NCBI GenBank assembly: GCA_963845565.1
Contig: CAWJSJ010000002.1
Location: 736,001-800,000, forward strand
Direction of reading: 5' to 3'
Source: an uncultured Methylomirabilota bacterium
Lineage (GTDB): Bacteria > Methylomirabilota > Methylomirabilia > Methylomirabilales > 2-02-FULL-66-22
Length of the DNA stretch: 64,000 nucleotides
Part shown: positions 44,330 through 53,022 of the stretch, piece by piece
Layout of the letters: each line of letters begins with the position of its first letter
How positions within the stretch are numbered: the stretch's first letter is position 1
Position numbers and translations under genes: made by a program
Notes under the pieces: generated by a model
Seen by the model: only the letters and a program-made list of their open reading frames with translations
Database searches by the model: none
What the model was told of the DNA's origin: nothing

Positions 44330-44650
44330 ATGGGGCAGATTCCGACGCAGCACGTCGCGCGGCTGATTGCCATGGAGCGGCGGGCGCAGACGATCGCGGA
44401 GGCGGGCGGTCTCGAGGCGGCATTGGCGGGCGGCACGCTCCCCAATCCGATCGACACGACGCTGGCGGAAGGTCTGGTCCTGGGCCTCCTGAAGCAGGGG
44501 GTGCGGAAATACCTGGCGGTCTTCGGGCACGGCTCCACGGATCTCGCGGAGGTGCTCCGGGTCTATGAGGCCGCCGGCCTCACGCGGACCTACAATTTTC
44601 GCCACGAGACGGCCATGGCCCACGCGGCCACCGCGCTCAAGTGGCACTAC
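44330..44650 (+). pseudogene. Duplicated 5' fragment (107 codons) of the TPP enzyme gene at 50903
   Basis: 44335-44650 matches 50908-51223 at 315/316 nt by manual comparison. Confidence 0.9.
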
Positions 44651-44734
44651 AGCCGCGCTGCTGGCCATTCCCCGGCCGGTCATCGCCGGCCACATCTGCC
44701 ACACTGTTCGCGCGATCGCGCTGACGGAGGTGCC

Positions 44735-45175
44735 ATGTCCCGACTCCACTCGCTACGACACGCCGGTGCGCAACGCTGGCTCATCGTTCCGCGGCTCATC
44801 GCGGCGTTTCCTCTCGCGGTCTTCGGATTGTTTCATCTGACGGGGATGAGCCCGCTGATGCAGATCCTCGAGCGGGCTGGCATTCCGTTCCCGTCGATCA
44901 ACTTCTACGTCGCCCCGCTCGTCATGGTGATCGCGGGCGTCTCTCTCGGAGCAGGGTTCTACGCGCGCGTCGGTGCGATCCTTGGCGCGACGGCGATGGT
45001 CGTCGCGGCATTCAGCAAGCTCGTGATCGAGGAATGGCCGGGTTCCGTCGAACCGCCGCTGGCCTTGCCGATCGTGGTGTTCGCGGCCTGCGGCACGGTC
45101 CTCTGGCTCGGGGCGGGCGCGTGGAGCGCTGATCGGCGTGCGACGGAGCCGTCGGAGCCGGGCGATCGGCGCTGA
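44735..45175 (+). CDS. DoxX-like membrane protein
   Basis: GGAGG RBS; PRLIAAFPL...G.YARVGA...GAGAWSAD, a DoxX-type C-terminus. Confidence 0.7.
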   Translation: MSRLHSLRHAGAQRWLIVPRLIAAFPLAVFGLFHLTGMSPLMQILERAGIPFPSINFYVAPLVMVIAGVSLGAGFYARVGAILGATAMVVAAFSKLVIEEWPGSVEPPLALPIVVFAACGTVLWLGAGAWSADRRATEPSEPGDRR

Positions 45176-45268
45176 GAGCGCGGCAGCGCAATTCCCGAGT
45201 CGCGTCGTGTCTCCAAGAGATCAGGGCGCCCGCAGGGCTGGGCTGACGCAGTGTTTCGATACACTCGC

Positions 45269-45545
45269 TTAGTGCTTCTGCCCGCAATTACGGTGACGTA
45301 TCGCCGGTCCCCCGGACCGACCCTCGGACGCCTGGCGCCTGCACCCTTCCCTGCGGGTGGGTACCCGATGCCGGCTCGCCCTTACCCCGGGTCGGTCCGC
45401 TCAGACGCGGCCCTCCGTACCGGGGACGGCTCGCCGGGTACCCATGCGGAGCATGGGTGTGGCGCGGCGTCTCGGGTCGGCCCGGGGGACCTGGACTTAT
45501 GCGGCCACCGTATACGTCATCGAATTTATGTCCGCGTGTACTTAG
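45269..45545 (+). mobile_element. MITE-like family C, copy 2 (with extra 25-nt hairpin module)
   Basis: CTTAG at both ends; matches 30734-30989 except for the insert at 45341-45365 and one G. Confidence 0.85.
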
Positions 45546-45621
45546 CAATCGGCAGTGGGATCGTCCCGCACCCGTCAAGAGCACGTATCTATCAACACAC
45601 TGACGAAGGGTTGCGAATGTC

Positions 45622-46446
45622 ATGACGCCATATATCCGGATGCTCGCCATCGCCCTCTTCATACTGGCCGCCGTCGCCCTCGACGGCGGACGAGGCTGGG
45701 CACAGGACGACCTCCTGTCGCTTGCCCTGCCCGAGGGGAACCTGGTCGCCATCGGTGTGGGTGCGTATCCAGACTACCTGGGTTCGAAGGACTACCGCGT
45801 CGGGGCCATTCCGCTGGCGCGATACCAGTTCTGGGGGAAACGGGAGATCACCTTGATCGGGAACACGCTGACCGTGAACCTGCTGGAGGGGTCCGGGTGG
45901 CGCCTCGGGCCGTCTGGCATGTTGCGGTTCGGTCGCTCGAACGTGAAGGACGACGTCGTGAACCGCGTGCACGAGATCGATCCGTCCATCGACCTCGGCC
46001 TCTTTGGCGGCTACACGTGGGTCGACCCAGACGAGCCGCGCAAGCGCGTGGGCGCCACCGTCTGGGCGCTGGGCGATGTGACCGACAGCCACGGGGGCTG
46101 GACCACCGGAGGTAACGTCTTCGGCGCCTACCCGATCCTGCCCGCGCTGACGCTGGTGGGCGGCGTAGCAACCACCTACGGGAGCGGGTCGTACATGACC
46201 ACCTATTTCGGGGTGACACCGGCGGACGCGCAGGCCAGCGGTCTCCCCGCCTATCAACCGGACGCGGGGATCCGCGACGCGCGGGGCTGGTTGGTTGCGC
46301 TCGTGCACCTGAGTCCCCGCTGGGCTCTGGGGGCTGGTGTGCTCTACTCGTGGCTTGCGAACGAAGCGGCCCGGAGCCCGATCGTCTCGGAGCGAGGCTC
46401 TCGTAGCCAGTGGATCTACGGGATCGGCGGCATGTACTTCTGGTGA
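45622..46446 (+). CDS. MipA/OmpV family outer-membrane protein
   Basis: Signal peptide; PDYLGSKDY, YMTTYFGVT and AARSPIV; C-terminal aromatic YFW. Confidence 0.85.
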   Translation: MTPYIRMLAIALFILAAVALDGGRGWAQDDLLSLALPEGNLVAIGVGAYPDYLGSKDYRVGAIPLARYQFWGKREITLIGNTLTVNLLEGSGWRLGPSGMLRFGRSNVKDDVVNRVHEIDPSIDLGLFGGYTWVDPDEPRKRVGATVWALGDVTDSHGGWTTGGNVFGAYPILPALTLVGGVATTYGSGSYMTTYFGVTPADAQASGLPAYQPDAGIRDARGWLVALVHLSPRWALGAGVLYSWLANEAARSPIVSERGSRSQWIYGIGGMYFW

Positions 46447-46679
46447 ATCCGCGTTGATGGGGCGGAGCGGGAGGCGCAGAGATCGCTAACCGCAGGGGCC
46501 GGACTGGTGGGCAGGCATGAAAAACACGATGGCATGCTGAAGAGAAAGGAAAACGACAAGGAGCCGTACGAATATTCAAGAAAGAGAGAACGGGAATCAT
46601 GTCGCCGAGAGGCCGGCAGATTGGCTCCAGCGTGCTGAGGCGTTGGGATCCAGACCGGCGAGAGCCCGACACTCAAGGA

Positions 46680-46975
46680 TCTGGAGCAGGCGGTCGACGA
46701 GCGGAAGCACCTGCTGGTGCGCAGCCGCAGTTTCGGCCTGCGGCACCGCGCGCACGCGCGAGGACGTCATCGCCGCAATGGCGATCAACAAGATCCCGCG
46801 CGTCTGCCTTGACCGGCGTTCGGCCGCGGACGATTATGAGATGGTCGGCGGCGACAGTGGCGGTTTCGGCTGCATGTCGCTGCTGGGTTGCCACCACGTC
46901 TGCCCGAAGGCGTTGCCGCTGCAGACGCAGATTGCGTTCAACCGCAGGAAGACGGTGGCCGAAGCTATGAAGTGA
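46680..46975 (+). pseudogene. frdB: Degenerate 3' part of fumarate reductase iron-sulfur subunit (FrdB)
   Basis: ACGT..REDV...YEMVGGDSGGFGCMSLLGCHHVCPKALPLQTQIA resembles the Wolinella/Desulfovibrio-type FrdB C-terminus; the first Cys motif is degraded and the N-terminus is absent. Confidence 0.75.
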
Positions 46976-47009
46976 CCCGGGCCTGAGCGGCCGCCGGAAA
47001 GGAGTTGCC

Positions 47010-48410
47010 ATGCCGCGCATCGAGAGGGACTTCCTGGGCGAGAAAGAGCTGCCCGACAACGCGTACTACGGCGTGCAGACGCTGCGCGGCAGCGAGAACT
47101 TCCACATCACCGGGCTGTCGATGTCGACCGAGCCGCAGTTCGTGCGCGCCTTCGGCTACGTGAAGAAGGCCGCGGCGATGGCCAATCGCGACCTCGGCGT
47201 GCTCGACAAGAAGATTGCCGAGGCGATCATCATGGCCTGCGACAGGCTGATCGCCGGCGAGATGCTCGACCAGTTCGTCACCGACTTCATCCAGGGCGGC
47301 GCCGGCACCTCGACGAACATGAACGCCAACGAGGTGCTCGCCAACCTCGCGCTGGAATCGATGGGCTACCAGAAGGGCGAGTATCAGTACTGCAACCCGA
47401 ACGACCACGTGAACTTCGGGCAGTCCACAAACGACGTGTACCCGACCGCGTTCCGCCTCGGCCTGATTCTGCGACTCGAAAGCTACATGGACGCGTTGAA
47501 GAAGCTGGCCGACGCGTTCCGCGCCAAAGGCAAGGAGTTCGACAAGGTCCTGAAGATGGGCCGCACGCACCTGCAGGACGCGGTGCCGATGTCGCTCGGC
47601 GCCGAGTTCCACGGCTGGGGCACGACGATCGACGAGGAGGTGCAGCGCATCGCCGACGTGAGGATGCTCCTGCACGAGATCAACCTCGGCGCCACGGCGA
47701 TCGGCACCACGGTCACGGCGGCACCCGGCTACCCGGAACTCGCCACCAGGTGCCTGTCCGAGATCACCGGCCTGAAGTTCATCCTGGCCGGCGACCTGAT
47801 CGAGGCCACCAGCGACACCGGCGCCTACGTGCTGCTGTCGGGCGTGCTCAAGCGCACCTCGGCCAAGCTCACCAAGATCTGCAACGACATCCGCATGCTC
47901 GCCTCCGGCCCGCGCTGCGGGTTGAACGAGATCAACCTGCCGCAGATGCAGCCGGGCTCGTCGATCATGCCGGGCAAGGTCAACCCGGTGATCCCGGAGG
48001 TGGTCAACCAGACCGGCTTTCTGGTGATCGGGCTCGACCTCACCGTGACACTGGCGGCCTCGGCCGGCCAGCTACAGCTCAACGTGATGGAGCCGGTCAT
48101 CACCTTTGCGCTGTTCGCGTCGATCCAGACCATGGAACGCGCCGTGAACAGCCTGCGCGTGAACTGCGTCAACGGCATCACCGCCAACGCCGAGCGCACG
48201 CGCGACATGGTGCTGAACTCGCTCGGCATCATCACCGTGCTCAAGCCTTTGCTCGGCTACAAGCAATGCGGCGAGATTGCGCGCGAAGGCTACGAGACCG
48301 GCAAGAGCCTGCACGAGATCGTCGTGAAGGAACGCAAGCTGCTCACGCAGGAGAAGTGGGACACGATGTTCTCGTTCGAGAACCTGATCAACCCGAAGTG
48401 TGAGCCGTGA
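47010..48410 (+). CDS. aspA: Aspartate ammonia-lyase
   Basis: RIERDFLG, YYGVQT, QGGAGTSTNMNANEV, GRTHLQDAVP and GSSIMPGKVNPV motifs. Confidence 0.95.
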   Translation: MPRIERDFLGEKELPDNAYYGVQTLRGSENFHITGLSMSTEPQFVRAFGYVKKAAAMANRDLGVLDKKIAEAIIMACDRLIAGEMLDQFVTDFIQGGAGTSTNMNANEVLANLALESMGYQKGEYQYCNPNDHVNFGQSTNDVYPTAFRLGLILRLESYMDALKKLADAFRAKGKEFDKVLKMGRTHLQDAVPMSLGAEFHGWGTTIDEEVQRIADVRMLLHEINLGATAIGTTVTAAPGYPELATRCLSEITGLKFILAGDLIEATSDTGAYVLLSGVLKRTSAKLTKICNDIRMLASGPRCGLNEINLPQMQPGSSIMPGKVNPVIPEVVNQTGFLVIGLDLTVTLAASAGQLQLNVMEPVITFALFASIQTMERAVNSLRVNCVNGITANAERTRDMVLNSLGIITVLKPLLGYKQCGEIAREGYETGKSLHEIVVKERKLLTQEKWDTMFSFENLINPKCEP

Positions 48411-48439
48411 GCTGAGCAAGGAGCGACCGGGTCCCCGCG

Positions 48440-48660
48440 GCCCGGCCGCCGGTGGCATCGACTTCCTGGTGCGTATCGCCGAGCGGATCATCCGGGCCGA
48501 CCCCAGGTCCGTGACGATCGTGGCGCCGCCGGCCGCCTGGACTGTCGCTGTCGTCGCGGGCATCGGGCACATCGTCTACCCGCTGCTGCCGGTGATCGAC
48601 GAGACCGCGCACCAGAGCGGCATGCGGCCGGAGCGGCCGAAGGCGATCGCCACCGTCTGG
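48440..48660 (+). pseudogene. Internal fragment of anaerobic C4-dicarboxylate transporter DcuA/DcuB
   Basis: AAGGIDFLVRIAERIIR..P...AGIGHIVYPLLPVI...RPERP, Dcu-family sequence with no start or C-terminal half. Confidence 0.75.
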
Positions 48661-48755
48661 CCTTTGCCCACGGCGAGGCCAGAAGCATCGCCGGGAGGCG
48701 AAAATAGCCCGTTGCCGGGACACGCGGAGTGTTCCACGAGAAGGAGGTCCCATCC

Positions 48756-49644
48756 ATGAAACGCGTCATGCTCTTCATCGTCACCAACCTGGCCGTCATC
48801 CTGATCCTCAGCATCGTGCTCCGGGTGCTCGGCGTCGACCGGATTCTCGACGAGCAGGGCGTCGGCCTCAACCTGAGCAACCTGGTGACGTTCGCCGCCG
48901 TCTTCGGGATGGGCGGCGCCTTCGTCTCGCTGGCCCTGTCGAAATGGACGGCCAAGCGGCTGACGGGCGCCCGCGTCATCGCCATCGCCGCGCAACGAAG
49001 CCGAGCAATGGCTGGTCGGCACGGTGAAGCGCCAGGCCGAGCGAGCGGGGATCGGCATGCCCGAGGTGGCCGTCTACGACTCGCCGGAGGTCAACGCGTT
49101 CGCTACGGGAATGCGGCGGAACCGCTCGTTGGTGGCGGTCAGCACGGGGCTCCTGCGCAACATGTCCCGCGACGAGGTGGAGGGCGTCCTGGGACACGAG
49201 ATCAGCCACGTCGCCAACGGCGACATGGTGACCCTCGCGTTGATCCAGGGGGTGGTCAACACGTTCGTGATCGTCCTCTCCCGGGTCGTCGGACACCTCG
49301 TCGACCGGGTCGTCTTCCGCACCGAGCGGGGCCACGGGCCGGGATTCCTCGTCACGACCATTCTCGCCCAGGTGGTCTTCGGGATCCTGGCCAGCGTCAT
49401 CGTCATGTGGTTCAGCCGGCGGAGAGAGTTCCGGGCCGACGCCGGGAGCGCCGCCCTGGAGAGCCGGGAGAAGATGATCGCGGCCTTGAAGCGCCTCCAG
49501 AAGGCGGCCAATCCCGAGCCGTTGCCGGATCAGATGGCCGCCTTCGGGATCTCGGGCTCAGCCCGGTCCGGCCTCCGGCGCCTGTTCATGACCCATCCGC
49601 CGCTCGAGGAGCGAATCGACGCCCTGGTCCGCCATCGCCAGTAG
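48756..49644 (+). CDS. htpX: Zinc metalloprotease HtpX (frameshift near 48985)
   Basis: [26 protein letters not shown] (HExxH), [10 protein letters not shown] and THPPLEERI motifs. Confidence 0.92.
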
Positions 49645-49689
49645 CGCCGAGCCGACCACGGGAGAGGACAGGACGCCTGCGCGACGACA

Positions 49690-50227
49690 CCGCACGGGCG
49701 CACTGGCGCGATCCCCGGCGGGTCAGTTTCCGTGAAGGTTGGCGTGGGCACCTCTGGCCAGGACGCTTCGGCTCCTGTCCCATGGATGAACTGCACATGC
49801 TGGCGGCCGCGGTACATCGAGCAGAATCCCGTCCGAGCGGGCCTTGCGGCAACCCCCTGGGACGATCTCTGGAGTAGTGCCGCCGCCCACGTGGCGGGGA
49901 GTGGTGATCAACTTGTCACGGTGGCGCCGCCGCTGACGCTGGTTAGGAGCCGTTACGAAATGACCTGTCCCTCTATTTTCATTTCGTTACGGCTCCTTAT
50001 GCCGTTCCACGAACTTCTCCGATCAAGTTATTCTTTGACAACGGCTTAGCGATTGGGAGGACTTTCTTGCCACAAGAGCCACGGAGGACGAAATCAAGGC
50101 ACTCCGCCGCCATGAGCGAAGCGGGAGGCCCTTGGGCGGCGAGCCCGTCGTCCGGGCGGTCGAGCGGAAGCTCTGGCGAACGCTACGGCGCGGAAAGCCC
50201 GGGCCAAAGTGGAAAAAGGCCGAGTAA
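49690..50227 (+). pseudogene. Y1/HUH (REP-associated-type) transposase remnant, interrupted by MITE copy 5
   Basis: FREGWRGHLWPGRFGS, RYIEQNPVRAGL...WSSAAAH, then after the MITE SDWEDFL...LRRHERSGRPLG...KPGPK. Confidence 0.8.
49943..50048 (+). mobile_element. MITE-like composite A+B, copy 5 (divergent)
   Basis: Same termini and internal TTA junction; TTA at 49943 and 50046. Confidence 0.88.
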
Positions 50228-50736
50228 ATTAAGTATGGTGTCCCCGGAACTACCAACCGCGCCTTAATCCGTGTCAGGGTTCGCGCTGCATGCGCTCCGG
50301 CGCCTCTCATGTCCACGATGTGGTGACCGTTGTCACCTGGGGTCTCCGGTTGACGCTCGCCGCCGGGGTGACGGATATTCCGACCAGACCGAGGGGCCCC
50401 CAGGAGGGCGGGTGTCCCCCCGCCTCGGACGTCGGGCGCGGCCGCCACGGGAATCGTCGCGCTTGCCCTCAAGAGCAGTGTCTATCACCTATCACCCACC
50501 GCCCACCTCACCGTACCACCACCAACTCCTCTCACTCAGCCACTCGACGCAACGGACTTACCGCGGGGGCGGCGAAGCGAGTACGAGACCCCGCAAGGGT
50601 TTCACGGGAAGATGCCTTAGCGTGCCGCTGGCAAAAACCTCTTGCGCAGCCCATCGGAGATGGGTATAGAGGTGCCATTGCGGTGGCCCCTCCATCGTGG
50701 GAAGAAGTCGGTTGTGCCGTTACGGAGGTCCGAAGG

Positions 50737-50826
50737 GTGAGTATCAGGATTCCAATTGACCGTGAAAAGATCTCCGCAGGATTCCGGCGCGGGTAGCGAC
50801 GTAGATCTCCTTGTCATCTTCGAATA
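50737..50826 (+). pseudogene. Internally deleted minimal nucleotidyltransferase (MNT antitoxin-like) remnant
   Basis: GGAGG then GTG SIRIPIDREKI, followed by an out-of-frame SDVDLLVIFE*. Confidence 0.55.
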
Positions 50827-50902
50827 GACGACCTCAGAACTCCTCACGACTCTGGGCATTTGGCGAGTTCAGGAAATCGAACGCGGGGCAGCCGGAGGAA
50901 GT

Positions 50903-52807
50903 ATGACGCAGATTCCGACGCAGCACGTCGCGCGGCTGATTGCCATGGAGCGGCGGGCGCAGACGATCGCGGAGGCGGGCGGTCTCGAGGCGGCATTGGC
51001 GGGCGGCACGCTCCCCAATCCGATCGACACGACGCTGGCGGAAGGTCTGGTCCTGGGCCTCCTGAAGCAGGGGGTGCGGAAATACCTGGCGGTGTTCGGG
51101 CACGGCTCCACGGATCTCGCGGAGGTGCTCCGGGTCTATGAGGCCGCCGGCCTCACGCGGACCTACAATTTTCGCCACGAGACGGCCATGGCCCACGCGG
51201 CCACCGCGCTCAAGTGGCACTACGGCGAGACGGCCGCCGTGGTGACGTCCATCGGGCCGGGGGCGCTGCACGCCTTTGCGGGCTCGCTCGCCGCCGCGTC
51301 CAACGGGATCGGCGTCTACCACATCTACGGGGACGAGACGACCCACGGGGAGGGGCCGAACATGCAGGCCATCCCCAAGCACGCGCAGGGTCTCTTCGGC
51401 CAGCTCACGGCCCTGATGGGCGAGTCCTACGTCCTGCACACGCCCGAGGCCCTGCGCGCAGCGTTGCGCCGCGGGAGCTTGGCCGTCCACCGCTCGTTCC
51501 GGGCCGGTCCGTTCTTTCTGCTCTTGCCGCTCAATACCCAGCCGGCGCGGATCGCGAGCCTGAACCTGGAGGCGCTCCCCGGACCGCTCGCGCCGCCACC
51601 CATGGCGGTCGGGGATCCGGCGATTGTGGCCGCAGCGCTCGGACTCATCCAGACGCATCGCCGGATCGTCGTCAAGGTGGGTGGTGGCGCCCGCGCCTTC
51701 GCCCGGCAGGTGCGGGCCCTCATCGAGGCGATCGGCGCCGTCGCCGTGCTGTCGCCCGGAGCGCTCGGGGTGGTGCCCGACGACCACCCGCGGAACATGG
51801 GGGTGATGGGGAGCAAGGGGTCGCTGTCCGGCAACTATGCGACCAGCCACGCCGATCTCCTGATCGTCATCGGGTCGCGGGGGGTGTGTCAGGCGGATTG
51901 CTCGGGGACGGGCTACGCGTCGGCGTCCGCGGTGATCAACATCAACGCGGACCTCGGCGACGTCACCCATTACAACCGGACCGTCGCCCTGCCGGGGGAT
52001 ATCGGGGTCGTGATCGGCCAGCTCCGGGAGGCGCTCCAGAGGCAGGGCGGAGTCGACCTGGAACGGGCCGAGGCCTGGCTCGACGCCACGGCGGCGAAGA
52101 AGCGGGAGTGGCAAGCCCTCAAAGCCGAGCGCTACGCCCATCCGGTCCTGCCCGACCCCATGTGGGGGCGGCCCGTCCTGACCCAACCCGCCGCGATCAA
52201 GATCGCTTGCGACTTCGCCAACAGCATTCGCGCCGTGAAGTTCTTCGACGCCGGCGATGTGCAGGCGGTCGGGTTCCAGGTGGCGGAGGACGACGAGCCG
52301 ACCCAGACGATCACGGAGACCGGGGCCTCGCACATGGGGTTTGCGGTGAGCGCACTGCTCGCCTCGGGCGTGGCGGACCGACCGCAGTACGGGATCGCGT
52401 TCAGCGGGGACGGGTCGTTCTTCATGAATCCGCAGGTCCTGGTGGACGGCGTCCTGCACGGCGCCCGCGGGACGATCCTCCTGCTGGACAATCGCCGGAT
52501 GGCGGCCATCTCGGGTTTGCAGGAGGCGCAGTACGGCGAGGCGTTCCGGACGCATGACGCGGTGCCGGTGGATTACGTCCGCCTGGCCTCGGCGGTGCCG
52601 GGGGTGAAGGCGCTCTCGGGCGGCGACACCCCGGACGCACTGTGGGTCGCCCTGACGGAGGCGTCCCGGCACCAGGGGCTCTCGCTGGTGCACGTGCCGG
52701 TCTACTACGGGCCCGATCCGCTGGGCGGCCTCGGCGCCTACGGCGTCTGGAACGTTGGGAACTGGTGCGAGGACGTGCAGGCCAGCTACCACAGCCAGAT
52801 CATCTAG
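50903..52807 (+). CDS. Thiamine pyrophosphate-dependent enzyme (IolD/acetolactate synthase-like)
   Basis: VFGHGS, RHETAMAHAA, TSIGPGA, SHMGF and GDGSFFMN...LLDN motifs. Confidence 0.88.
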   Translation: MTQIPTQHVARLIAMERRAQTIAEAGGLEAALAGGTLPNPIDTTLAEGLVLGLLKQGVRKYLAVFGHGSTDLAEVLRVYEAAGLTRTYNFRHETAMAHAATALKWHYGETAAVVTSIGPGALHAFAGSLAAASNGIGVYHIYGDETTHGEGPNMQAIPKHAQGLFGQLTALMGESYVLHTPEALRAALRRGSLAVHRSFRAGPFFLLLPLNTQPARIASLNLEALPGPLAPPPMAVGDPAIVAAALGLIQTHRRIVVKVGGGARAFARQVRALIEAIGAVAVLSPGALGVVPDDHPRNMGVMGSKGSLSGNYATSHADLLIVIGSRGVCQADCSGTGYASASAVININADLGDVTHYNRTVALPGDIGVVIGQLREALQRQGGVDLERAEAWLDATAAKKREWQALKAERYAHPVLPDPMWGRPVLTQPAAIKIACDFANSIRAVKFFDAGDVQAVGFQVAEDDEPTQTITETGASHMGFAVSALLASGVADRPQYGIAFSGDGSFFMNPQVLVDGVLHGARGTILLLDNRRMAAISGLQEAQYGEAFRTHDAVPVDYVRLASAVPGVKALSGGDTPDALWVALTEASRHQGLSLVHVPVYYGPDPLGGLGAYGVWNVGNWCEDVQASYHSQII

Positions 52808-52810
52808 CAC

Positions 52811-52948
52811 GGCTGCTGAAAAAGGCCCATCTGCTTCGTTGGCCCGCCTCGGCACTCGCTGCGACGTACCGCCAGTACGCCTGGACCCAGCGGACTGGGT
52901 ACCCCGCCTGCGGCGTGCCGCCTTGCAGCTGAGCCTTTTTGAGCAGCC
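52811..52948. mobile_element. MITE-like palindromic element, family D copy 2 (with hairpin module)
   Basis: GGCTGCTGAAAAAGGC...GCCTTTTTGAGCAGCC; homologous to 12913-13035. Confidence 0.8.
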
Positions 52949-53022
52949 TGGACCTGAAGAGTAGTCGTCTGTGGCGTAAGGGGGAAGTGTAAGGCGCTGG
53001 AGGGGAAGGTTCGGCTGATCTG

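Noticed and set aside
30632..50048. Repeats as a CRISPR array or integron attC sites
   Set aside because: Copies are dispersed kilobases apart in both orientations. There are no regular spacers, no cas or intI genes, and no RYYYAAC/GTTRRRY cassette architecture.
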